A stretch of DNA of 64,000 nucleotides from Klebsiella pneumoniae. Its GTDB lineage: Bacteria; Desulfobacterota; Binatia; Bin18. The position numbers and the translations under genes are program-made. The stretch is from the NCBI GenBank assembly GCA_945865755.1, contig CAMBFS010000003.1, forward strand, positions 1-64,000, written 5' to 3'. This document shows positions 1-8,921 of this stretch, one piece after another; positions within the stretch are counted from its first letter, which is position 1, and each line of letters begins with the position of its first letter. The notes below the pieces were generated by a model. It had not been told where the DNA came from. It ran no database searches and worked only from the letters and a program-made list of their open reading frames with translations.

Positions 1-319
1 AAAAATTACCCCAAAAGACGTAAGGTCCGTGATCGAGAGTCTGTTACCCTGCGCATCCGTCGGAACAGGTTTCATAGCGACTGGAACTATGAGGTCTGGC
101 CTCGTCCGGCCACCCAAATGTGGTAGTTTATTGTTTTATGACTCCTTAGAAGGGGCTATCGATTTCAAAGGCAAGGTCTGTACGCCATAGGCTCAACTTG
201 CCCTCTGCTCTGACAACCACAAGCATAAAGTTTGGTGCGGGGGCAGAATCTATCAGACTCCGATTTCCTGGAGTGTCGTTGGAGAACATGAAAAAGCATC
301 AACCCTAAAGGAGCGCAAC

Positions 320-1096
320 GTGAAAGAGAATATGAAGAGTTGGCAGAGTGCGACAGTGCTGGTTGGAATGATTGTGGGAATGCTCGTCGTGTCCACGCCA
401 CGAGCGTGGGCGCACGTCATCCCCCCAGACGCCCATTCGTTTGGCAAGTCGTATGGAGAATGGACTGCGGAATGGTGGAAATGGCACCTCAGTTTATCTG
501 CGTCCAACCATCCTGCTTTTAGTGTGGATGGCGCGAACTGTGGCGCTGGGCAATCAGGCAAGGTATGGTTTCTTAACGGCACCTTTACCACCGAGGTGCC
601 GGAAAATGCCTTTGCGACAATCGTACGCGAGTCGTGTACCATTCCAACCGGGAAAGCACTTTTCTTCCCGATTTTGAACGTCGATTGTTCGACCTTAGAA
701 GGAGATCCTTTCCATTTAGTGGAAGACGGACCAGATGCGAATGTCGATACATGTGCGGCAAGTTTCTTTGACGGTCCCATTGCGGTGGCTCACGACCTGA
801 CTATGACAATCGATGGCCAATCGCTGATAAACCCAGAGGCGTACCGTTTTCAGTCACCGGTGTTCGACTTTGCATTTTCCAATCCTGCCGACAACATTCT
901 TGGGGTAGATTGTAATATAGCAGACTGTGATAACGCTCGGGCAGTTTCCGATGGCTATTGGGTCATGGTTCCGCCTCTCTCGGCTGGCACTCACACGATC
1001 CGGTTTACGGGAAGTTTCAGGGACCCACAAACGAATGATCTGATTTTTGGGTTGGACGTGACGTATGAGTTGGCAGTAGTCGGTGGCCGCAAATAA
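320..1096 (+). CDS. secreted hypothetical protein (N-terminal signal peptide)
   Basis: ORF with GTG start 6 nt after AAAGGAG SD; hydrophobic signal-like N-terminus (…VLVGMIVGMLVVSTPRAWA); no recognisable catalytic motif. Confidence 0.55.
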   Translation: MKENMKSWQSATVLVGMIVGMLVVSTPRAWAHVIPPDAHSFGKSYGEWTAEWWKWHLSLSASNHPAFSVDGANCGAGQSGKVWFLNGTFTTEVPENAFATIVRESCTIPTGKALFFPILNVDCSTLEGDPFHLVEDGPDANVDTCAASFFDGPIAVAHDLTMTIDGQSLINPEAYRFQSPVFDFAFSNPADNILGVDCNIADCDNARAVSDGYWVMVPPLSAGTHTIRFTGSFRDPQTNDLIFGLDVTYELAVVGGRK

Positions 1097-1157
1097 CCAG
1101 ACTCATAATCTTGTTCAGACTCTTGTTCCACATTACTCACCGAAGGAGGAGTTACCA

Positions 1158-2816
1158 ATGAGGAGACATCACAAGTTATTCGGCTTAGTGCTCTGCGGCT
1201 TGATAAACGTAGCCAGCACTATTCATGCGGATGCTGGAGCAGAGCGCGGACAAGGCAAGGTTCCGAACCCTGCAATCGTCACCGACAGTGGACCCTTGAA
1301 AGGGCTCACCTCCACAACCATCAACAAATTTCTTGGTATTCCGTATGCTGTGCCACCAGTGGGGGATCTACGTTGGACGCCACCACAACCCTATGGCCGT
1401 TGGCACGGGCTTTTTGATGCGACCAAATTGAGGAGTGAGTGTCCACAGCTTAGTGACACAGGCGATTACTTGGGCAATGAAGATTGCCTGTTCTTGAATG
1501 TGTATACACCGGGCCTGAAGAAGAATCAGCACAAGCATGATGGGCTGCCGGTCATGGTGTGGATTCATGGGGGTTCACTGACCGGAGGCGCTGGTGGACG
1601 GTACGACCCCACGCCGTTGGTGGAAAAAGGCAACGTGATTGTCGTGACGATCAACTATCGGCTCGGCTTATTGGGTTTCTTCGCCCATCCAGCGATCGAT
1701 GCCGAAGGTCATCTTAATGGCAACTATGGCTTCATGGACCAGCAATTCGCGTTGCAGTGGGTGCAGCGAAACATTAAGGCCTTTGGTGGTGACCCTAAGC
1801 ACGTGACGATTTTCGGTGAATCCGCTGGTGGGCTGAGCGTCTATTCCCAGCTTGCATCACCAACCGCGGCCGGATTGTTCCACGGCGCGATTGCCCAGAG
1901 TGGCGCGTATGCCAGTTTTCAGCCCTACCTGCAGCGGATCGTGCCGATAGCACAAGCTGAAGTCCAAGGCTCCGATCTTATCCCCGGAGGTACGACTTTT
2001 GCCTCCTTGGTGGGATGCAGCGACGGCACCGCGCAATGCCTGCGCCATACGTCGGCTGTGGCACTGGCCTCTATTCCACTCCCATTCGGCGTCTATCCGT
2101 TTGTAGACGGAACCGTGTTGCCCTTGCCCCCAGGTGCGGCTTTTTTCAGTGGCCAGTTTAATCGTGTGCCAGTGGTCACCGGCTCAAATCGTGACGAATG
2201 GCGCTTGTATGTGGCGATAGGCTACGACTATGCCGGAAACCCGTTGACCGATGCAGGGTATCCGCAAGCGGTTGCGGACTTCGCTCTACTCCCGGTTACT
2301 GATCCCACCGTGCAACTGCTGGTGAATTTCCTGTATCCATTGAGCAATTATCCCCCACCCCCAGGACTCGTGAGTGGGGCACCGTTTGCACTGGGCGCGT
2401 TAGGAACCGCGGCTTTTTTCGCGTGCCCGGCGCGGAACGCCGCGCTGTTATTGTCACAGCATGTGCCAACATATGCGTATGAGTTCAACGATCCCAATGC
2501 GCCGCTCAGTTTTGGACTGCCTCCCGCGAGCTTTCCCTTGGGTTCGTATCATGCCTCCGAGATTCAATATCTCCTCAATGTGTTTGGCATACCATCGCCT
2601 TTCTCGCCCGACCAACGGCGACTCTCCGACGCGATGATTCGCTACTGGTCGCAGTTCGCGAGAACCGGCAACCCGAATGCCTCCGGCACCCCCGCGTGGT
2701 CACCGTACGGGGCGACGGATCAGTTCCAATCTCTCGTCGCACCGACGCCGACAGTCGAAGGCAGCTTTGATACTGTTCATAAGTGTTCGTTATTCTGGAG
2801 CGCAGCCGTACCGTAA
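1158..2816 (+). CDS. carboxylesterase, type B family (secreted)
   Basis: ATG at 1158 preceded by GAAGGAGG SD; signal peptide; GESAGG nucleophile-elbow motif and overall COesterase architecture (~550 aa). Confidence 0.85.
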   Translation: MRRHHKLFGLVLCGLINVASTIHADAGAERGQGKVPNPAIVTDSGPLKGLTSTTINKFLGIPYAVPPVGDLRWTPPQPYGRWHGLFDATKLRSECPQLSDTGDYLGNEDCLFLNVYTPGLKKNQHKHDGLPVMVWIHGGSLTGGAGGRYDPTPLVEKGNVIVVTINYRLGLLGFFAHPAIDAEGHLNGNYGFMDQQFALQWVQRNIKAFGGDPKHVTIFGESAGGLSVYSQLASPTAAGLFHGAIAQSGAYASFQPYLQRIVPIAQAEVQGSDLIPGGTTFASLVGCSDGTAQCLRHTSAVALASIPLPFGVYPFVDGTVLPLPPGAAFFSGQFNRVPVVTGSNRDEWRLYVAIGYDYAGNPLTDAGYPQAVADFALLPVTDPTVQLLVNFLYPLSNYPPPPGLVSGAPFALGALGTAAFFACPARNAALLLSQHVPTYAYEFNDPNAPLSFGLPPASFPLGSYHASEIQYLLNVFGIPSPFSPDQRRLSDAMIRYWSQFARTGNPNASGTPAWSPYGATDQFQSLVAPTPTVEGSFDTVHKCSLFWSAAVP

Positions 2817-2850
2817 GAACGGAGAACGGAGGGCACGAGCGGTCGTGCCC

Positions 2851-5800
2851 TCACATGCGTAACTCCTCCAACAACGCCTTCGCCTCCCGCAAATCCGCGG
2901 TATCAAATCCCTCGGTGAACCAGTTATAGACCTCGGATAACATCTGGTGAGCCTCCTGCTGCTTGCCTTGTTGTTGCCACAAGCGAGCTAAACTCATCGT
3001 CGCACGGAGTTCCCAGGACTTGGCGCTTTGCTGGCGAGCAATGGCGATGGCTTTGTGGAAACACTCCTCTGCCTCCGCCTGGGTGTTGGGTGCTAGGGGC
3101 TGGGGGCTGGGGTTTTCTAATTTTCGACTTTTGCTTTCCTGCGCTAGCAGGAGCTCGCCTTTGAGTTGATACAACTCCGCATCAAGCCAGCAGTTGCCGG
3201 TTTCGCGTGACAGGGTAAGCGCTTCTTCGGCGAGATCCAACGCTTCGTCAATGCGTCCGGCTTTCTCGTGAATTTCGATGGATAATGCCAACGAATACGC
3301 GAGCGATTGTTCGGCTCCTGAGGCACGAACCATCGCTACGTCCCGACATATTTGCGTAACGCCCTGCTCTGCATACCCAGTCTTGGCCAATCTCCACGCG
3401 CGAAAATGATTAGCAAGGGTGATGAGAAAGGCAAATCCTTGCTCTGTGGCCAATCCCTGAAACTCTTCTGCTGTTTCGCGGAGCGCCAGCTCATCGCCCC
3501 GCCATCGATGAGCCATGGTCGCGCCAAGGAGAGCGAATCCGAGGGTGAAAAGGTGCCCCTGCTGACGGGCAAGCGCCACTGCCGCTTGTGCTTTTTTCCA
3601 TGCTTGTTCTGGGTAGCCAGCGATCCATAGGGCTGCGGATAAAAGGGTGAGACACAATCCCCCGGGATCTTGCCCGTACAGAAAAGCGTGGTGCCGGTGT
3701 TGCCGTGGATCGTAGAGAGTCAACGCCTGGTCAAAAGAATGTCGACTGCCCAAGAGTTCTCCCTGAAAAAGTAGGATTTGGCCCAGAAATTTGTAGGCTT
3801 CCAGTAGAAGAACCGGGTTCTGCGTCTGTTGTGCCAGAGGGAGACTTCGTTCAATCAGGGTACGTGCAGTGCCGAGCTTTGCGCGTACCACATAGAATAT
3901 GGCCAAGCCATGTAACACCGGGAACAGATGGGGAGTGTTGCCGAGTTGTTCGCAAAGCGTATGCGCGCGTGAATAGGCCCGCTCCATCTCCACGGCGGCG
4001 AACCCCTTGACGTTCATGAACGCAGCCCCCAACGGCATCAATAAGCTTAACTCGAGGTGAATACGTTCCGGGCTGTCCGGGAGCTGCGTGAGGAGGTCCA
4101 GTGCGGTGGTGAGATGTCCAATTGCTTCTTGAGCCGCACTCCGTCCCAACGCGGTACGCCCCGCTTGGCCGTGATACTGCACGGCACGGGGATAGTCGCG
4201 GGCTTGCTCAAAGTGCACCGCTAAGGCTGCCGCAATCTCTTCTGCTCGGTCCCCGTACCCTTGCTCTAACCGCGCGCCAATCTGTTGATGGACCTGTAGT
4301 CGCTGACTCGGCGTCACCCGTTCATACAGCACGTCGTGATACAACGCATGGCGAAAACTGTAGCGGGCACTGGTCGTGCCATCGGGCCACTGGGTTGTGC
4401 CGGTGGCGCGCACAAAGTGCTCGCGGCGGGCGAGGTTGGCACAGTGCTCTTCGACCGTGGTGACGGAGAGCGCAAGACTGGGCGCAATGGTTGCTGCCGC
4501 GAACTCCATCCCCACCGCACTGGCCGTGACGAGTAGCTGGTGCTCGTCGGTACTGAGCTGATCAATCTGCCGCTCAATCATTTGCCGAATCGTCGCGGGG
4601 ACACTGAGCGACGCGTGGCTCCCCTCCTCACTCGTCGTGGCGTGACGCAGCAGGAGATCCTCGACGACGTTGACCATGAACAAAGGGTTGCCACTGGTGC
4701 GGTGGTGAATCGTGCGGGCGAGCGGTTGTAGGGGCATGGCCCGGATCGCCAGATACTCCTCTACCGTAGCCTCGGTCAGGAGCGGCACTGGCAGTTCGAC
4801 ACTGTGGCGATGAAGGGCCAAGTCCTGGGTTAATGTCCGCAGGGGATGGCCATTGCCGAGCACTTCCATGGGCCGATAGGTGCCGAGCACCAAGAGCCGC
4901 GCGGGGTGTCGCCGCCGCGCCAGGAACGAGAGGGCATCCAGGGTCGAGGGATCACTCCAGTGCAAGTCTTCCAGCGTCAGGACCAGGACGGTGTCCCGCG
5001 TCAGGGCTTCGAGGCCCTCGGCCAACTCCCGGAGCATCCGCTCGCGGGTGGCCCCAAAGGTGTGGACCTGCAACGCCGCCCGATCCGCCGGAGTGGCTAA
5101 CGCGGACAACTGCATCAACCACGTCGGCGCGTACTGCCGCAACGTCGTCACCAGGCGGTCTTGCGCTGGGCCACGGCCGAGTTCCCCCAACGCCGCGAGC
5201 AGCGGCAGATAGGGTTCGCCAGGGCCGAACTGCTCGATGCACTGGCCCTGGGCAAGCCAGGGGTTGGGGGTCAGGGGTCGGGGATCGGGGGTTGGAGACA
5301 GTTCGGAGTTCGGGGTTCGGAGTTGAGGACCTGGAATCTTGGACTTTGGATTCGTGTTGACTCCGAACGGTTCATGACTCTGTACTCCGAACACAAAGGC
5401 ATCGAGGAGCGCGGTCTTGCCAATCCCCGGCTCGCCGGTGACGAAAACAATCTGGCGTTCACCGCTCCGGGCTTTCTCGAGGAGTTGGTGGAGGTGCGAG
5501 AGTTCGGCGGCTCGTCCGACCAGGGGAGGTGCTGGGTGTTGGGGGCTAGGGGCTGGTTCGAATGTTGGACCTTGGACCTTCGACCTTGGACCTTGGACTG
5601 GGCCGATAAACCGAAACCCGCGTCGATGCACCGTCTCGAGGTACTGCGGCGCACGGGCACTGTCACCGAACACACGACGCAGTTCGCGGATACACACGGT
5701 CAGGGCCGCTTCGCTCACAATCGTGCTCGGCCACACGCTCCGCAGGAGTTCCTCTTTGGTCACCACTTGCCCTGGGCGGGCAAGCAAGTACCGCAGCACG

Positions 5801-5904
5801 GCAAAGGCTTTGGGCGTGACCCGCAGCTCGTGGGCGTCGTTGTGGATGGTGTGATTGTCCCAATCCACGCGGAAGGGGCCAAAGTCGACTGTTTCTGAAG
5901 CCAT
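2851..5904 (-). CDS. transcriptional regulator paralog 1: OmpR/PhoB-type winged helix + STAND (NB-ARC/AAA_16) ATPase + TPR array
   Basis: N-terminal trans_reg_C-like wHTH (…LRVTPKAFAVLRYL…RRGFRF); Walker A GEPGIGKT; Walker B LVLEDLHWSD; long TPR region; conserved C-terminal cap …VYNWFTEGFDTADL…; ATG at 5904 7 nt after AAGGGAG SD (GTG at 5907 also possible). Confidence 0.85.
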   Translation of the reverse strand: MASETVDFGPFRVDWDNHTIHNDAHELRVTPKAFAVLRYLLARPGQVVTKEELLRSVWPSTIVSEAALTVCIRELRRVFGDSARAPQYLETVHRRGFRFIGPVQGPRSKVQGPTFEPAPSPQHPAPPLVGRAAELSHLHQLLEKARSGERQIVFVTGEPGIGKTALLDAFVFGVQSHEPFGVNTNPKSKIPGPQLRTPNSELSPTPDPRPLTPNPWLAQGQCIEQFGPGEPYLPLLAALGELGRGPAQDRLVTTLRQYAPTWLMQLSALATPADRAALQVHTFGATRERMLRELAEGLEALTRDTVLVLTLEDLHWSDPSTLDALSFLARRRHPARLLVLGTYRPMEVLGNGHPLRTLTQDLALHRHSVELPVPLLTEATVEEYLAIRAMPLQPLARTIHHRTSGNPLFMVNVVEDLLLRHATTSEEGSHASLSVPATIRQMIERQIDQLSTDEHQLLVTASAVGMEFAAATIAPSLALSVTTVEEHCANLARREHFVRATGTTQWPDGTTSARYSFRHALYHDVLYERVTPSQRLQVHQQIGARLEQGYGDRAEEIAAALAVHFEQARDYPRAVQYHGQAGRTALGRSAAQEAIGHLTTALDLLTQLPDSPERIHLELSLLMPLGAAFMNVKGFAAVEMERAYSRAHTLCEQLGNTPHLFPVLHGLAIFYVVRAKLGTARTLIERSLPLAQQTQNPVLLLEAYKFLGQILLFQGELLGSRHSFDQALTLYDPRQHRHHAFLYGQDPGGLCLTLLSAALWIAGYPEQAWKKAQAAVALARQQGHLFTLGFALLGATMAHRWRGDELALRETAEEFQGLATEQGFAFLITLANHFRAWRLAKTGYAEQGVTQICRDVAMVRASGAEQSLAYSLALSIEIHEKAGRIDEALDLAEEALTLSRETGNCWLDAELYQLKGELLLAQESKSRKLENPSPQPLAPNTQAEAEECFHKAIAIARQQSAKSWELRATMSLARLWQQQGKQQEAHQMLSEVYNWFTEGFDTADLREAKALLEELRM

Positions 5905-6282
5905 CACTGTGCTCCCTTAGAAAAATCTTAGAACTTCCTTAGAACTCTCTCAGGACTTCGACTGAGACTCGTGCTTATCTCACAGCATATTCTTGTCGGC
6001 AAGGGAGAAAGGGGGAGGTATGCAAGTGGGCCGAGATTGAATTCTTCGCGAATCGCGATGGGCAGTCAGAAGATGAGTTGGTGGTCGCCGCCTTCAGAGG
6101 AGGTGATGTCCTATGAAATAGCTGGAGCGAAAAGGCGAACGGCGCGAGGGGAATGAAACCAAGATCAACGGTCAGTTCACTAAGGTGTTCCTAGTGTGAT
6201 CAGCGTAGGGAAGGATAAGGATCACGCTTAGTTCTGAACGAAGACAAAATTTTTGCACTCATATTTATGAGAGGAGGACAAT

Positions 6283-7740
6283 ATGAAGCAATTGATGAGG
6301 AGTGTGGTACTCACGATCGGTTGTGGAACTGTGTTGTTGATAGGTGCCGACGGGTGGGCGGCGGAGGCTCTGTCTCCTGTGGTCTCATCGGCCACCCCAC
6401 CAGAGCCCATAGGCGACGTCCGCCAAGACATCGCCTGGGTGCAGGCGGTGGCGAATCACCCGACAGTGCCGGGCGATAAGACGTATTCCTTGCGCGATGC
6501 GACTACAGGCTTGGGGTGGGCCTTTCCTCCCCGTGTCGTGCAAGGGTTTCTGGAACAAGAAGTCGACCACCTCTTTGTTGCTCCACCAACGCGGTATGAG
6601 GCCACTCCAGCGTACCGAGCCGCGACAGAAACCAATAGTGGCCGCGCGCGCGTGCGGGTAGACAGTGAGCCATACGGCCAACTGGTGGAGGAGGTGGAGG
6701 GCAAATTGGTTCCTTACAAGCCAGAAGGGCTGCCGTTTCCAGACATTTCACCCACGGATCCCCAAGCCGCGCGGAAGATTATCCATAATTTCGTCCATGC
6801 CGATCGCGGTGGTGGACGGGCCGCGCTCGAGTTCTATGTCTATGTGCTAGGGGAGGGAAGCGGCGTCCTGGCGCAAGAGCAGACTGTCCCCAGCGGGTTT
6901 ACGCCAATCTGGACCGACCAGGCTCACGGGACGGTTGTGCGACGGCTCGGCATGGACATGGTGTACGCGCAGCTGGAGCGGGAAAAGAACGCGGCCGAGC
7001 TGTGGAAGTTTCGCTTTGACTTCTTCGATCCACCCGACATGAAAGACAATAAAATGGTGGCGATTCGGTTCGTCAATCCCGTGGAGCGGGAACGGGGGGT
7101 CATGTATATGCGAGAAACGCGCAAGGCAACGGCAGCGGCGATGCCCAAGAAGCATGAGTTGTTCGCAGGCACCCACTATCCGCTCGATGCGTTCTACGGC
7201 TGGGAGGGCCACGAATACTACTGGCGCTTTCAGCTCGTCGGTGAGGTGCTCGTGCCCACGGTCGCGGACAGCAAGCTGCTCCATCCGCGCTTTACCGGGC
7301 GGTGGGGGAGCATTCCCGACAACACGGACAACTGGGAACTGCGGCGGTCATTTGTCGTGCTCGCCCAATCGCGTGAGCCGGAGAACAGATGGCCCTATCG
7401 GCTGCTGTTTTTTGATGCGGAGATGCAGCTTGTGAACATGACCATGCTCTACGATAAGGACGGACAATTTTACGGGGTTCACCAACCGATTCATTTTCAG
7501 GACTCGGCGACAGGATTACCTTTGTTTGCTGGCATGACGTTGCGGCTGCGGAACAAACCGGAATCCACCGTAGTCGTCTGGCATCGCGAGCGGATGATGG
7601 TGACCGAGAATACGCCCGCCAAGCTGCATTTGTTTAGCACTGCCAGTTTGCTGGCCGGAGAAACTATTCGTGGGTATCTCGGGAGTGCTGGCTATCTCAC
7701 ACGTAACGCAACTGAGACAGCAACGATGTCGATAAAGTGA
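6283..7740 (+). CDS. secreted hypothetical protein
   Basis: GAGGAGG SD; signal peptide (MKQLMRSVVLTIGCGTVLLIGADGWAAEA); 485 aa, no motif I can name with confidence. Confidence 0.55.
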   Translation: MKQLMRSVVLTIGCGTVLLIGADGWAAEALSPVVSSATPPEPIGDVRQDIAWVQAVANHPTVPGDKTYSLRDATTGLGWAFPPRVVQGFLEQEVDHLFVAPPTRYEATPAYRAATETNSGRARVRVDSEPYGQLVEEVEGKLVPYKPEGLPFPDISPTDPQAARKIIHNFVHADRGGGRAALEFYVYVLGEGSGVLAQEQTVPSGFTPIWTDQAHGTVVRRLGMDMVYAQLEREKNAAELWKFRFDFFDPPDMKDNKMVAIRFVNPVERERGVMYMRETRKATAAAMPKKHELFAGTHYPLDAFYGWEGHEYYWRFQLVGEVLVPTVADSKLLHPRFTGRWGSIPDNTDNWELRRSFVVLAQSREPENRWPYRLLFFDAEMQLVNMTMLYDKDGQFYGVHQPIHFQDSATGLPLFAGMTLRLRNKPESTVVVWHRERMMVTENTPAKLHLFSTASLLAGETIRGYLGSAGYLTRNATETATMSIK

Positions 7741-7747
7741 GGAGGAC

Positions 7748-8087
7748 TCTATTGATCTCGGTGGCAATGCCGTCGGCATAGACACCAGTATTGCCACCGA
7801 CAGCAGTGGCCATGCCTACATTACCGGACTGACCCTATCGAGCAATTTTCCGCTCGTGGAAGTGCGCGACGGACTGGACAACGACTGCGATGGCCAGACC
7901 GACGAAGGGGGGCAGACCATTTTCTATCACGATGGCGATGGTGACGGGCATGGGGACTCCGCCAACTCAACCCAAGCGTGCCGTGCTCCGAATCAACACC
8001 AAGCCGCTGACGGTAGGTCACACGTATGTCTATCGGATCAGTCTGGACGATGGGTCGTTCAGTAACTTCCAGTTTGGCTTGAAGTAG
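7748..8087 (+). pseudogene. start-less remnant of a secreted beta-propeller (SBBP-like 'YITGLTLSSNFP') / MopE-like metal-binding-motif protein (DGLDNDCDGQTDEG…YHDGDGDGHGD), frame-disrupted
   Basis: protein-like translation begins immediately after stop of 6283..7740 without start codon; motif fragments only; two frames needed to reach stop at 8087. Confidence 0.3.
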
Positions 8088-8092
8088 CAGAA

Positions 8093-8128
8093 AGAGAGTC
8101 GGGTGGGTTATGACCCACCCGACTCTCT
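8093..8128 (+). terminator. 15-bp perfect-stem hairpin (AGAGAGTCGGGTGGG / CCCACCCGACTCTCT) after the remnant ORF
   Basis: perfect inverted repeat with 6-nt loop directly downstream of stop at 8087; no clear U-tract. Confidence 0.35.
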
Positions 8129-8160
8129 CTTGAGCCGCGGTAAACCCGGACTACGTCTGG

Positions 8161-8550
8161 TTATGGGGACCAAGGCAGTCTCATCTCGTCTTCCGCATGG
8201 AGTCGCCAAACCGAAAGGCCAACCTGCGAGACTTGCACGACATTCCCCAGGCGTTTCGCTTGAGTATGAAACAGTGGAGAGCGCAGAAAGCGGCGGACAA
8301 AAAGTGCTGCCTCGGTTTTTTTGACGGCAAGATAGACGAGGCAGTAGCGGGTGTGACATAGCCGACGATTGTAAAAATCCGCATCACGAGTGAAAAACGT
8401 GGGTCGTCGTAAGTGGAGGAGAAAGGGTATGATCTCTTCATCCGGCATGCCTCTTCTTCCTATATCATAGCCCACGTGACGAATAGGAATCCGCCAACCT
8501 CGTAAGAGCAGCCGCTGATCGGCGACAATGTTTTCATCCAAGACGTTCAC
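8161..8550 (-). CDS. DUF5615 / Mut7-C PIN-like domain protein (putative toxin partner of DUF433)
   Basis: N-terminal VLDENI…HVGYDIGRRGMPDEEI… pattern typical of DUF5615; 4-bp overlap with upstream DUF433 gene. Confidence 0.5.
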   Translation of the reverse strand: MNVLDENIVADQRLLLRGWRIPIRHVGYDIGRRGMPDEEIIPFLLHLRRPTFFTRDADFYNRRLCHTRYCLVYLAVKKTEAALFVRRFLRSPLFHTQAKRLGNVVQVSQVGLSVWRLHAEDEMRLPWSP

Positions 8551-8837
8551 GCGGCTGTCGATTCGATGACAAACTCATCGGCATGTTTGAGTAATGCGCG
8601 GGCAGCAAGTTGTACCGCCTCGGCGATCGCCTCCTCGGTAATGGCGCCGTCCCATTGCGTAATAATCGTTTCCCAGGCTAATCCTTCCGCTACTTGTTCT
8701 AATACGTCGGCAACAAAGATGCGTGTCCCGCGAAATGTCAGCTTCCCGTGACAGATGCGGGGATCAGCGACAATATAGCGCCCAACTTGATATGTGCTTG
8801 TCCGTTTTTTCATACGCTTTGCTCCAATACTGAGCAA
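8547..8837 (-). CDS. DUF433 domain protein (putative antitoxin-like partner)
   Basis: YQVGRYIVADPRICHGKLTFRGTRIFVADVLEQV matches DUF433 core; likely start at internal MKKRTS (8813). Confidence 0.6.
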   Translation of the reverse strand: MLSIGAKRMKKRTSTYQVGRYIVADPRICHGKLTFRGTRIFVADVLEQVAEGLAWETIITQWDGAITEEAIAEAVQLAARALLKHADEFVIESTAA

Positions 8838-8921
8838 AAAGCTTACGGCAAAAGTGCGCGGAAAGAAATCTGGTAATCATGGGCAGGTGTCAACCCGTCA
8901 CTCACTCGCTGACTCAATCTC

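Noticed and set aside
4833-5898. Multiple 100-250-aa ORFs on the strand opposite the large regulator genes (e.g. 4833..5360, 5161..5898, 10829..11350, 11575..11988)
   Set aside because: These are typical high-GC shadow ORFs. Their translations are Arg/Ala/Pro-rich low complexity, they lack SD sequences, and they are fully embedded in well-supported genes on the other strand.
5971-6156. 61-aa ORF in the divergent intergenic region between paralog 1 and 6283..7740
   Set aside because: It has no SD, a low-complexity product, and lies in a likely promoter region. I did not call it.
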